From: Felis catus | Taxonomy: Eukaryota | Assembly (NCBI RefSeq): GCF_018350175.1 | Contig: NC_058368.1 | Location: forward strand, 201,192,001-201,256,000 | Length of the DNA: 64,000 nt | Direction: 5' to 3' | Shown here: piece by piece, positions 40,001-52,213 of the stretch | Numbering within the stretch: position 1 is the first letter of the stretch | How the letters are laid out: every line of letters begins with the position of its first letter | Translations under genes and position numbers: made by a program | The notes under the pieces: model-generated | What the model saw: only the letters and a program-made list of their open reading frames with translations | What the model was told of the DNA's origin: nothing | The model's database searches: none

Positions 40001-40289
40001 CAAGGAAGACTTCCACGGTTTGCCCAGCGAAGTGGTCGTGAACACACTGTGAAGTCACGTCACTTCTTTGTGCTCATGGGGAAAGAAAGGGCGCTCTGCT
40101 GCTCAGGGACACCCTGTCCAAGATGGTGACGCATCCTTCTCGGTACATTGAGGTGGGGGGGAGGCAGCTTATTACTGAACTAAATGTTTTTATTGATCGC
40201 CCTTGAGTCAGAGCTCACTGACCCCGCAAACCATAAATGGCTATAGCGCAGAACTGTCATTTCCAGGCAGCAAGAAGAGATACCGGATT

Positions 40290-41100
40290 AGTCCAAGACA
40301 CCTCGCCCTAGGCTTCCTCGCACAGTCCCTCCACCCCCCTCGCCTCCCAAGGTTCGGAAAAAAGAAAAGGGACGGGGAGGGTTTCCCGTAGGCTCTCGCG
40401 GAGGGGGGGCGGGTGGCGCTGGATAGAAGGGGAGGAAGCCGGACGGAGTTGCCGAAAGCGCTCTAGCGAGCGGGGCCGGAGCGGACAGCCGGGCGCTGGC
40501 GACACCCCCACCCGGAGTCGGTGGCCAGAACGCGAAGCGGCCAAGGCGCGGGTTCCGAAAAACAAATGACCGTTTTGCAGCATTCCCACCAAACAATAAA
40601 GCGAGCTGTAAAGCCTCAGGTGCTGTGTTTGTTGTGCCGTCTGTGCGGAGCAGTGGCTCCGGCAAGGGTGAGCGCAGCGCAGTGGGCCGGGGGAGCGCCT
40701 CTTCGGCTGATTCCAGGGAAAGATAAGGAGCCGCCGAGCCACCAGCTCTGTCTAGACTCGCGACCTCACAAGTCAAGCGCCTTGTTTGGATTAGCCCTCC
40801 AGATCTGCCAACCTGATCAACTCCTGAAAGAGAAGGGCCCACCAACACCCCTTTTTCCTCCCCCGGACCACGATTGTCCCTACTTTAAGGGATCAAGAGA
40901 TGACGTGCCTGCAGGAGTCGCGGGGCTGGTTAGACCAGTGTCGGGTCCCCACTTCTTAGCGCCCAGCCACCCCGCGGGAAATGCACCCGAGGGAAGCACC
41001 CCTAGGAAGACCGGCAAAAATAAGTAGCCAGCCACCTCAATCAAATCCACAAATAACACCACCTCGAAATAAACGCGAACTTTCAATCAATGGAATGGAA
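40290..41100. promoter_or_regulatory. CpG island about 4-5 kb downstream of ISL1
   Basis: GC-rich with dense CpGs; no credible ORF. Confidence 0.75.
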
Positions 41101-43859
41101 GGGGGATCCCAGGCAAGGAGAAGACGCAGTGGAATCTCCCACAGGACTGTAGTAAAGTGCCTTTCCCCTACCTGGCGGAAAGCAATCTTACCCCACATTT
41201 TTTTCCTCCAAATCTAGGCGTCCCCTTTGGGGTGGGGGTGGGGGTTTCTTTTTAGACCTCTTTGGTTACCATTGCCGAGCGCTTTTCCAAAAGATAATTA
41301 AGCATAAAGAGTTGAAAAATAAATTTTAAAAAATAAAAAGGGTCAACCAGTCTTAAGTGCGGCTCTGGGGAGAGACTGGCTTCCCCAAGGCACAGAAACT
41401 GGCTTCTCTGAGCCAACAGCGTAAGCGCCATAAAAATTAAAGGATGTGATAGTAACAACGCTCACAGCAAACACTCGCAGCGTTCCCTCCCGCCCCTCCC
41501 CCTCCTAGGCTCTCTGTGAACCAACTTCTCTGTCTACACTTCAGAAGTCTCCGGGAGGTGTGGAGAGATCCTCCATCATGACTTGGGACATTGTAAGCTG
41601 TGAAGTTTATGTTTGTGGCGCCTGGGCTCAAACAGCCATTCAGTGGCTTGCTCAGTTATCAAGAAAACAACAATCAGAAAAGATCAGTAAACAGAATCAG
41701 CTGCCAGCGCCCTGAATTAACTACTTGCATTTTAGTTTAAAAACATTAACCCACACTGTACAAGTTAATTATTTTTATTTCAAATAGTTAGCAAGAATTC
41801 AAGATTTGGGGCCAGTTTGGAAGTAACATTTTTAAAATAAAGGTACACACAGAAAATCCTTTCCCCTTTTCTCCCTGAACCTCCAAAGAAAATTTGACTT
41901 GCCTTGTTGTGACTAATCTTTAATTGTTGATTAGCAGAAAGGAAGTAAATAGAACAGAAATCAAGCATAATTTGGATTATAAATTTCTTACAAAAATTGA
42001 CTAAACTTTACAAATAAGAAAATAAGTAGTTCTGCTTAGTTTACTTGTAGTAGGGGTGGGATTAAAAACCCAAATTGGTTGAATTCCATCCACACATAGC
42101 TCTTCTCATGGTTTAGACAAAATTTTAACTTTTTTTCTCATTTTTTTTTAAGAAAATGGAAAAGACTAAGTAAATCCACATGGGGCTTACAAGAGATATA
42201 TCAATGAAAACGATCTTATGGCTTAAAAGTTCAAGGTGCTAGGGAAATGCCAACTACTTCTAGGTACCTTAAAAGCACATTGTCTTTTGGCTACTAGTCA
42301 AAAGAATAAGATAGACCAAAAAAAGAGGTCAATGCAATGAGTCTAACAAGCTGGTTAGGATGAATAGCAGCAGAGCATCACAGAGTCATATATTTAATCT
42401 GGAATTCCAAAAAAAAAAAAAAAAAAAAAAAACCCTTGTGAATTGGTAAGTGGGTACACACACCCACAAAGAATGTCAAATAACCAGAAATGTTATTTCA
42501 ACGAAGAAAAAAAAGTCTCTTCAAATATGGTTTTGACTTAGAAAAGAACTTTTTGAATGGTAAGGAAAGCCAGGTCCATTTAATGAAATGGAAAAAGAGA
42601 CAGTAAACTCAAATAGAAGATGTTATTGCTCTGAAACAATGGGGGGGGGGGAGGGATCCTCTCTGAGTATAGATGTTGATGTGGATTCCCTGATTTAAGG
42701 AGAGCATCCTGGATGTTTTTAGTTGCATTAGGTTTTAGCTTGCAGAAGCTGGAGGAAATGAGTCATAATATCCAGAAGGAAGAATTCAGAGTAATAAGGG
42801 GAGGGAGGATCAAAGATAATAGCAAACAGGAGGAATTTCATTAGAAGAGCACAGCTCAAAGCTAGGTCTCCAGAGGTGTACAGGGAAGAGGAGAGTATGT
42901 GAGAGAGATGGTTTGCAAACAAGGAGACATTTCAGCTACACATTTTAGAGCACATGCTGAGGAGTCTAGAAGGGAACACACCTTTCATATGAATAATACA
43001 AGAACTAGAATGCAATCGACCCATCAATCCATTCTCAGCCATCAGGCAACAAATATCTTGAATCTAGCAAGTGAAACCAAATTGTTCATCACTCCCCTCC
43101 CAAATTACTGTACTTAAATTCAAGCTGTGGACCTCAGAATAGTCTGATATATATACATGTAAAACATCACCTCCTTCACCACCTCCCCACTCCTAATCTT
43201 GGGAATAAATGTCAGGATGAGAAAGCATCACAAAGATGTGTGCCTCATTTAAGTCCCTCCATTGCATTCAAACCCTAAATAAAGTTTGTGGGTTTTTTCC
43301 CCCCATCTAACCTCTACAGAGTCCACCAGAGGCTATGGCTGGAAAAAGGAATTTAATGGTCTCCAAACGAGGGCTTGGGAGATGAGTAACTGTGCAGACA
43401 CCAATATTCAGGTTGGACCTACTTATCTTTGCACTTGTTATTTAGAATTCCCAAATATGATGGGGAGGAAAAAGGAAAACTGAAAAGGCAGGCACATAGA
43501 AATGATGAGCGAGAAGGTAAAAGAGTCAAGTCTGATGCCAGAGATTAGAGAGAGATAAGAGAGAGACAGAGAGACAGAGAGAGAGAGAGAGAGACAGAGA
43601 GAGAGAGAGATCTTTTCAGGAGAAGATCTGTGTGAGATAAGACGTAACTCCTGTTTTTCTCAACAGAAGACCACAAGCCATTATTACCGCCGGCCAAATT
43701 ATTACCCCTCTGTGAAGAATTAGACACAACAATCAAAGTAATCAACGGGCATGTCTAATGCACTGTAACATTTTCAATGCAAAGTTTGTTTTCTCTCTGC
43801 CCCCACGTTAGAGCCTGTAATTAACCCGTTATGTAGAACGATGCCAAACAAAAGCCTAA

Positions 43860-44640
43860 TTGAGGCTCGTTTCCCGACTTGCGGCAGGTTTGGAGAGGGT
43901 GAAAGCGACGTGAGAGCCCGGGAGCCGCGGGGCTCACCCGGCCTCCAGCCGGGCCTCCGAGCTGCTCCCGGTCAGGGGTCCGAAGGGGCACGCGCCACAA
44001 GACACACGATTAGGGTATGTTAGCTCTCGTATTTATTAAGAATTGTCAGATATTTAAAACGCCATGACACTCGCGCATACAAACGCATCCATTTTCTAAA
44101 GAGTCCAAGTATCATCCTGGGGTGGAGGACGGAAGGGGGACAGGGTGGAGCCCCAAATCCCAGCTCGACACCCGCAATCGAAGAAGCACCAAGAAGCCTG
44201 ATTTCGGGCAGGGCCCTTTATCTATCCCTGGGTTCTGGCTCCCACACGGGAACCCCCGCTAAATGCCCGGGGCCGGGGAGGCGGGGAGCGTGGGAGCGCT
44301 CGTGCCCGTGGCTCCCAGCGCCGCGAGGGCCTGCCCAGCACGCGCCGCGGCCCCAGCCCGCAGAAGGCGGTTCCCCGACGGAGCCTCGGCCGCGGTTCTC
44401 GGCACCGGCCAGACAGCCTTCCGAGGGTTGGGGAGTTGGGAGTTGGGGGAGAAAGGGGAAGGGGGAGGGGAGGAGGAAACAAGTTGGGGGTGGGGAAGAG
44501 AGACCAGAAAAGACGTAAGCTGACTGCTCTGGGAATTGCTGAGAAAACTCTCTCGGCCTGCTCTTCCTGCGCAAAGAAAGCAGCATTTCTCAATCGGCTG
44601 ACAGCCGCCACCGGTAAATAATGGTCATACCTCACTGACC
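43860..44640. promoter_or_regulatory. CpG island just downstream of the ISL1 3' end
   Basis: GC-rich with dense CpGs; no credible ORF. Confidence 0.75.
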
Positions 44641-45110
44641 AGGCAGAAAGGCTCTCTTTTAGCAAGAGCTTATACTTGAAATATGGGTCATTTCAACAAT
44701 CCTAAGCAGGAGACTTTGGTATAAAGCACTTACTCCAAGAAAATAAAATAGAGACTCAGAATCAAAACGCATTTCAAGCAGGACCTTCTTCCTATTTGGG
44801 GTGGGGTGGGGTGGAGTGGGGTGGAGTGGGTCGGGCAAGAAAGGGGAGGAGAGGTGGGGGGTAGAACGGAGGACAGCATCTCATTTTCAAAAAAGCAGTT
44901 AGTAACATTATCACAGCTGAGAACTAAAGGCTTCCAACCAGTTTTGATTCAACTATTAAAATGCAAACTGGCAAGTTCGACCTTAACTATTTGCAATAAA
45001 ACATCACACCTATTGTATGTCAGTCTACCCCGTTCACATGCAGTCCTTAATTGCAGACATTTTAATGGCTTACTTGTAAACATATAAAAGAGGGACCCTG
45101 GATCATTGCA

Positions 45111-45141
45111 TTTATTTATTTATCTATGCCAAACGTTTATT
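45111..45141 (-). terminator. ISL1: ISL1 polyadenylation signal cluster
   Basis: AATAAA on minus at 45136-45141, 45115-45120 and 45111-45116. Confidence 0.75.
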
Positions 45142-45617
45142 AGTGAAATAGTCCTGAAGATATAATTCTACATATGGCGCTTTGATTTCACATAATATTT
45201 AAGAAAAAAGACAAAACACATAGAATTAGACATATAATTCAAAGACCACGGTATAACCTTTATCTTTTTTTTTTTACTTCAGCAAACAAAAAATGTCAAA
45301 TGACATGAAAAGTGGCAAGTCTTTCGACAATAAATAATAAATTACTTTATAATTTTTGCAATGCAAGAGCAAACAAAAAAAAAGTTTCCTTTTTTTTTCC
45401 TCTTTATTTCCAGAGTGAGAGAAAACAGTCATTTTAACCAATAACTATACACATCTTTGGGGGAAAAGTTCTTGGACAGACACAAGTCAAACACAATCCC
45501 GAGACGCTTGTGGCAAAATAGAGGTAACCTTGTTGCAATGCTTTATAAGTTGGTTTTTAAATTTGAATTCAAAAACCTTTAAAGTCGCTTCTGACTTCTT
45601 GATAGAGGATGGATCTC

Positions 45618-45681
45618 AAAAAAAAAAAAAGCAAAGAAGAAGAAGAAGAAGAAGTAGAAGAAGAAGAAGAAGAAGAAGAAG
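45618..45681 (-). repeat. (CTT)n plus U13 tract in ISL1 3'UTR
   Basis: Plus strand shows A13 then (AAG)n. Confidence 0.95.
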
Positions 45682-46289
45682 GGGGGAGGGGCAAAAGTAA
45701 AAAAGAAACCAGCTACAGGACATGCTAAGAGACCCAGGATTTCAATTAACCCCTTGTTAAAGTCAACGAAAAACATCGCAAACCAACGCAGCTCCACCTT
45801 CCTGAAAGGACTTTCAGCCAAGGAGGCCAGTTTTCTCTTCCTGCTCACTTGCCGGAGCTCCTGTTTGGCAAGGCAATGACCAATATAGAAACAGCACCAT
45901 TCAGAATAGGATGGACTAGAAAATCTCTATTTCTGCTTTTCTCTAGCTGTGCAGTGAAATGAAAATGCTTTTTTTGAGATCCTTGAATATAAATCCTCTA
46001 CGTTTTAAAAACGTCTTTTTTTTTTCAGTACTCCTAAGGTCATTGGATAGCGTATGTTGGGTTTGGGTTTTGTTTGTTGTTTAATTCTAGTAAAATCCCA
46101 TGATTGTCTTCACAGTGTTGCTACCATATCACCTTGTCATTAAAACAGACTTCGTGCATTTCATGGAGCATTCATTTCTCGATTCAGTTTTCATTGACTG
46201 GGTCGTTAAATACTTTTGTTTCGGAGTTCAACATTATACTTTCCCACTTTCTCCAACAGGGAAAAAAAATACATCTGAATGAATGTTCC

Positions 46290-46406
46290 TCATGCCTCAA
46301 TAGGACTGGCTACCATGCTGTTAGGTGTATCTGGGAGCTGAGAGGACATCGACGCCACTTCACTGCCAGTGGAATTAGAGCCCGGTCCTCCTTCTGAAAA
46401 ATTCAC
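46290..46406 (-). CDS. ISL1: ISL1 exon 6 coding part ([38 protein letters not shown])
   Basis: Acceptor tgcag|GTG; 117 nt; TGA at 46290-46292; matches the Islet-1 C-terminus. Confidence 0.97.
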   Translation of the reverse strand: MNFSEGGPGSNSTGSEVASMSSQLPDTPNSMVASPIEA

Positions 46407-48478
46407 CTGCACAGAAGGTTGAGAAATGAATAAAGGAGGCTGCGACTGTATTCCTAAAAGGATTATAAGCTTGTCCTATGTGTCTATGCATGGACAAGTG
46501 TTTGTGTGTATAGATGGATACGTAGATAAAGATATCCACAGAGATCATTGAGTTTCAACAGGCTTAAAGAAAGCCCTCAAAGAAAAGAACTTGAGAAGAA
46601 AACCTCTCGCTTTCCCATCTTTCAAGAGATCTCTGTTTTAACTGAAACTGAATTCCCAACATTATGTTGCATTAAATTATTTAAGAACAAATGTGTTTCC
46701 CACTGTAAAATGGCATCGCAACTCTACCATGCATGCTCGAAATAAAATTATCCTGCTGGCTACATGTTGCCCTGGGAGCAGGCGACTTCGCAGTCTCTAG
46801 GCATCAAAGCCTCTCTTCTTGAGTTGGAAAATCCATAACACACGCTCAGATCGCTCAGATCGTGTGACAGGAGATTCAGAGGAGGCTCCACAGAACAATG
46901 ATTAACTCCTCAGAGGGTTCACAGCGTGGGCTTTCTTCCTTGTTGCTGGTCCTGATGCCTTCTGGCCTTTCTCTCTTTCTCTTTCTCTCTCTCTCTTTAA
47001 ATCAGGCTCTTCCTTCCAAGAGGAGCCCCATATATTATAACGTCATCGCATTATAAATATCTGCCTCCTTCTTTTAAACCGAAAGTATTGTGTTGCTGTT
47101 GGAAACCTCCTTCTCCACTCTGTCCCCAACCCTCCGCCCTCCTGTCTTGGCTTCCCTCCCACTGCTCTCATCTAACACTAAAGTTTTAGAAGGTACAAAC
47201 ACTTCGCTGCCCTGAACCCTCCTCTTACCTGCCTTCTATGACCCGGGTTTTGCTTAAATAACACATAAGATTAACCTCACTTTAAAATAAGTTCTTTCTC
47301 CTAATTCCAGAGTCTACCTTCCTTTCTATCCTATTAAACTTTCCCATGGTGAGGTTAAGGGGCTTCTCCAATTTATCTAGCTTCTAGCCTGGCCCACTTA
47401 CAAATGTAAAGCTGGGCCAAGTCCTTGTAACCACTGCCTCTGGTCTCTTACCTAACTGTTGCCACAGAGAAAGAAAATGCTCTCCAGGTAAATGCAAGGG
47501 TGAAAAGCTAACCTCAACTCAAGTTTTATTTTCAAAGAAAGGAACAAAGTTTTTAGAATAGATCTTGTTTTACAGAACAAGATTCTATAGGGCTGTTAAC
47601 TCTTAAATAAAAATAAAATTATGTGTATATATGCCATATCACAAAGTATACATATTTAATAATTACTTGTCTTGCTCCTTAAGCCTTTTGTAGGCATAAG
47701 GTAAGTTAATTTTCCCTTCTCTGGATGTGTAAAACATATTAATGCTAAAACAGGTTTTCATATGCCATCTCTCTGATTGGTAGAACTCTTGCTTCTTTTG
47801 CTGTACATCCCCCAGAGTATGTGATTGTGTATAACGTCTGAACTCATACACTTAAAATGTTAAAGCAGTCCTACATTTGAGATTAAGATAGTCCTAGAAA
47901 GGAATAATAGTAACAAAGTATCAATCATACCCTTAAATAACTGAACTCTTTACTGATATATTTGAAAATTATACCCAGCCAAGTGCCTGCTGCCCATTGA
48001 TAATAACGTTGATTGTGTCTTACATCAGTTATTATTACAAACAGCTAGATTTAGGTTTTTAAATATGCCATTCTCTAGGAGCTGAGGAGAGAATAAATTT
48101 ACTATTTGCTGATCAAAATGTCAAGGTGATCTCTAAAGTCCCTTCCAGCTCTAAAAGTCTGAGATGTATGATTGTGCAACCCTGCACGCCTTCCCACACA
48201 TGTCTAGTTAGTCTGATACCTTGAAGTTACACCTCAAAGAAGACCCGGCTGATAGGAAATTCAACCTATATGGTCAAGTTATGAACTCACAGAAAAGACT
48301 CACAAGAGGTTTGTTTTCCTTGAGTGCGTGCCTCCTCTCCACCAAGCCTCCTTCCTCTCTCCCGACCCTGGGGCCAAGGAGGCACCCTCCCCACTGAATC
48401 CTTCCTCCTGTGACAGTTAAACCAGAATCTTCTTTTTGTCGGGGATTCAGCCTCCTGACTCCAAGAGCTGAGACTTAC

Positions 48479-48646
48479 CAGTTGCTGAAAAGCAGGCTGA
48501 TCTATGTCACTCTGCAAGGCGAAGTCACTCAGTACTTTCCAAGGCGGCTGGTAACTTTGCACCTCCACTGGGTTTGCCTGTAAGCCACCATCGTGTCTCT
48601 CTGGACTGGCAGCCACCATGGGAGTTCCTGTCATCCCCTGGATATT
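48479..48646 (-). CDS. ISL1: ISL1 exon 5 ([37 protein letters not shown]...AFQQL; Lhx3-binding region)
   Basis: cacag|AAT ... CTG|gtaagt; 168 nt, phase 0/0. Confidence 0.98.
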
Positions 48647-49780
48647 CTGTGAATAGGCCCCCCCCAATCCCAACATGTTAATGACCAAACTCCCTCCCTC
48701 CATTGTCTGCACAGGCTAAGCAAATAAACCCTGGCATTATCTTATCTATATAGTGACTATTATTGACTCAGTTAATCTGCTGCATGTATGGATATTAGCC
48801 AGAGTCCAGTTTTGTTTTATTGTATTTTGTTTTTCTGCTTCTGTGGGCGGGACTAGTAGGTCTGCTTGGATCTTATTAAACTGAGTTCTATTCTGATTTT
48901 CTCCTCTCCTTTCCTTTTACATTCACAGCATATCCCAATTCCCCACATCTGCCTTCACAGGCCATAGCATCACAGAAGCAGAAAGCTGAGGCAAAAGAGG
49001 CCTCCCGGCAGCCTCCAGACATGGTGGTTTTCTGGGCAGTTTCAGTTAGTTAGATTTTCAGTTACATTTTCTACAGGCAGTTCTCTTCACAGCGCCAGCC
49101 CCCACCCCCAAGGGTTTAGGTCTGGCGGCTATTGTGCTATGACGCACTCACCAACCTGAAAAGTGCCCCAGACCAGGCTTGGCTGGCCTGCCAAGTTTAA
49201 TGACAGCAGGGGTTTTATGGCATTTAAAAATAGGGCTGAAGCGGTAAAAAGAAAAAAAAAAGTTCTTTACTTTAACTCAATCAGGAAGCCTGTGGAGTGG
49301 GTGCTGGCATGGGCCTGGGATGACAGTAGATAATAATATCTCTGGAAGCCCGGGCTAGACCTAGAGCAGAGGGTGTCCTGTTTTCACAGGTCACCTTGGG
49401 GGACCTCACTGACCTGAGGGCGCTGGGGGCACACCCAGAGGGTTGCCTGGGTGACCTACCCATCAAACCTCTGAATTAGATAGGGAACCAAGGAATTGTC
49501 CCTCTCTCTGGTGCCTGGGGAACTGACAACCTGAAAGCTGGTAAAATGGAGCCAGGCCTTGCTGCCACCTGCCCATGAAGGGGTGACCGCATCCTTCTGG
49601 TTCCAGCCTAGGGGTATGGTTGAAGGGCACCCCACTGGGCAGGTGGCCGGTGCGGCTATTTCTCCCCTGGGCACAGGTGGAGGTAAGGGGTTGCTGGCTC
49701 CTGCCCTGGAGCAGGATGGAACCCACGTGCAGGCCAACCTGGGTAGCCGCCAAGCACCTCACACTCTTGCTCTGCTCCCG

Positions 49781-49782
<2 letters not shown>

Positions 49783-49814
<32 letters not shown>
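49783..49814 (-). repeat. G32 homopolymer (sense strand) in ISL1 intron 4
   Basis: 32 consecutive C on the plus strand. Confidence 0.9.
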
Positions 49815-49815
<1 letters not shown>

Positions 49816-49847
49816 CAAGTCCCCTACCCGGCTCCAGGGCCACTCAC

Positions 49848-50134
49848 AGTTTTGTCATTGGGCTGCTGCTGCTGGAGCTGCTTCATCATGATGCTCCGCT
49901 TCTTGTCCTTGCACCGCTTGTTTTGAAACCAGACCCGGATCACGCGGGGACTGAGGCCTGTCATCTCCACCAGTTGCTCCTTCATGAGCGCGTCTGGCCG
50001 GGGGTTGGCGGCATAGCAGGTCCGCAAGGTGTGCAGCTGCTTCTCGTTCAGCACAGTCCGAACGCGGGTGGTCTTCTCCGGCTGCTTGTGCACATGGGGC
50101 CGCAGGGCCGGCTGCCGGGCAGAGATGGGCTCGG
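49848..50134 (-). CDS. ISL1: ISL1 exon 4 (homeodomain: [13 protein letters not shown]...[15 protein letters not shown])
   Basis: cacag|CC GAG ... ACT|gtgagt; 287 nt. Confidence 0.99.
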
Positions 50135-51953
50135 CTGTGAGGCAAGGGGCACTGAGGTGAGTGCGGGCCAGGCCGGGCTGCTCACCTTCCCGTGCCCTGC
50201 CGCAGGGACAATGGCTTGCTTTGCAGCCTCCACAGACAAAGCAGGGGAGGCAGAGGTGGGGACCACGGAAGCAAAAGGGAGAATGAAATCTGACTTTCTA
50301 GTCTGAGAGGTCAATGCTGACTAGTTTAGGCCCAGAACACAGCCTCTACCCTTGCTCTGGTCAACATGGCCTCAGAAAAGGGGTGGCCGTCTCAGGGGTA
50401 GCATCTTTCAGCATTGTTTCTCTTTCCTCCAGGCCTTTCTTCATACCCAGACTGGGCCCAGGTTACTGGAGAACCCCCACTTCTAGACTCTTGGGCAAAG
50501 GCCACAGAAGGTGCTAGGAAAGGAAATGCAGTATACCCCAGCATCAGCCAGAGACACTACACCAGCCAAGAGGTCTCTAATGCAAAGGCCGAAGAGAATT
50601 CTGCCAGAAAGCCTTGAACTTCAGTCCAGAGGGGGCAATCGTGTCAAGGGGCTAAAGAAATTCAGTATTTCGACCATAACTCCAGTCCTTGATCTTTCCT
50701 ACTACTAAATCTACCTGGCCGTTCCTGAGATGGGCTGACTCCACGCAAAGGAAAACCGAAACTGTAGAGCTGCAGATAAATGACAGCTGGGAAGTGTTCT
50801 GTCTCCTGACTTCCTCCCAGTATTTCTGCCTCTCCTCTGTCTCCCCACAAGCACAGCACAGGTTGCACAGGACAGAAATCACCACTCTGGCTTTGCTCAT
50901 GTGCAAGCTAGTCACATATCCCCCTACAAGAGAAGTCTTCGAGCCTCTGAAAAAGCAGAGTGGGAAGACCCGGGTTTCCTCAACATCAGTGTTTAGTGAG
51001 AACTGATACTTTAAAAATGCGCCAGGTAGAGGGGAAGAAAGGTTGGGAAACGTCATCTGCCTTCTTAGGGAAGGCCTCGTCCTGGCCAACCCTGCTTTAC
51101 TTCAACTCTCCTTCTTGGGGAAGGGCTTTCTGAAATGTATGGCACAAATCCTGCACCTTCCAGGACCCCTAGGGTCAGGTCAAAACCTACTGGGTCAATT
51201 TAGTGTTACAGCGACAAGCCTGAAGATGAAATCCTCACCAAATCACATAGAATGAGTGGTTTAAAGAGGCAGGCTCCTTTTAAAAGTCAATTACTCCGGG
51301 TTAGCTTGTTGACAGTTTTAAATCACAGCTCTGTGCAATGGCCTGCAGTTATTGGACTGTATCTTTTCACGTCCATTCTTTCACAAAAGTACACACATTT
51401 TAAAAATGTTTTAGAGTGTGGGCCAGTTGCAAGGAAAAGGGATTTGAGGGGCTAAATGACTTACGGCTACCTGAGCTTCCTTCATTGGGTTAAAGGAAGA
51501 AGCTCCAGGGCCCAGAGCTCCACCCCTTTAATTAGGCAGTGGCAGGAAGAATACCTGGCGGAGAACTGAAGACCATTTTCAGTAAGCCGCGGTTTGGAGG
51601 CCAAGGTGAACTGGAAGTACTGTTTGGACGTGTGTGTACATGTAAGCGCAAGTGGTGTACATTTATGTGTACCCATACATAGACACACAGCCGCGTAGGT
51701 GTGCTGGACGGGGCGGGGGGGGGGGGTGCGGTGAGCCAGGGGACACAGTGAAAGCACTGAACCTTGCGCAAAAGAGCAAAGCGCTGTGCAAACTGCTCCC
51801 AGAACACTTCCTTAAACTGCCTGCCGCTGCGCAGCGACTGCCCTGTGGCTGCCAGGGTCGCTGAGGTCGGTAGCCGCCGCGCTGGCTGGGGGCGGCACTG
51901 GCCTAGCCCAGAACCAGCCTCCCCTCGCCGGCCTCCCTCCGGGCAAGGAGTAC

Positions 51954-52213
51954 CTGCCATTTGCAGCGGCCGCGCCGGGTGCAGAGGGCTGAGCGGATCA
52001 CCGGCGCCCAGGCTGGCCCTCTCCACCACGTCGTGGTCTGCACGGCAGAAGAGCCCGTCCTCCCGAAGCGCGAACTCATCCCCAGGGATGAGCTGACGGC
52101 TGCAAGCCACGCAGCGGAAACACTCGATGTGGTACACCTTGGAGCGGGCGCGCATCACGAAGTCGTTCTTGCTGAAGCCGATGCTGCACTTGGCGCATTT
52201 GATCCCGTACAAC
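51954..52213 (-). CDS. ISL1: ISL1 exon 3 (LIM2: CAKC...[10 protein letters not shown]...CRADH)
   Basis: cgcag|G TTG TAC ... ATG GCA G|gtactc; 260 nt. Confidence 0.99.

Larger units (their letters stand above)
45105..46289 (-). other. ISL1: ISL1 3'UTR (end approximate)
   Basis: Follows the TGA stop; AU-rich; ends at a cluster of AATAAA hexamers. Confidence 0.8.

Noticed and set aside
40288..41086. ORFs of 144-186 aa
   Set aside because: Stop-poor GC-rich island; Pro/Arg/Gly-rich with no recognisable domain.
44218..44665. Overlapping 86-147 aa ORFs
   Set aside because: Same CpG-island artefact.
49463..50306. 228-aa plus-strand ORF and poly-Pro/poly-Gly ORFs
   Set aside because: Antisense to exon 4 plus the C32 run; explained by GC-rich codon usage.
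51532..51953. In-frame extension of exon 3 ORF into intron 3
   Set aside because: Canonical donor at 51953 and loss of Islet similarity beyond it; no evidence for a retained-intron protein.
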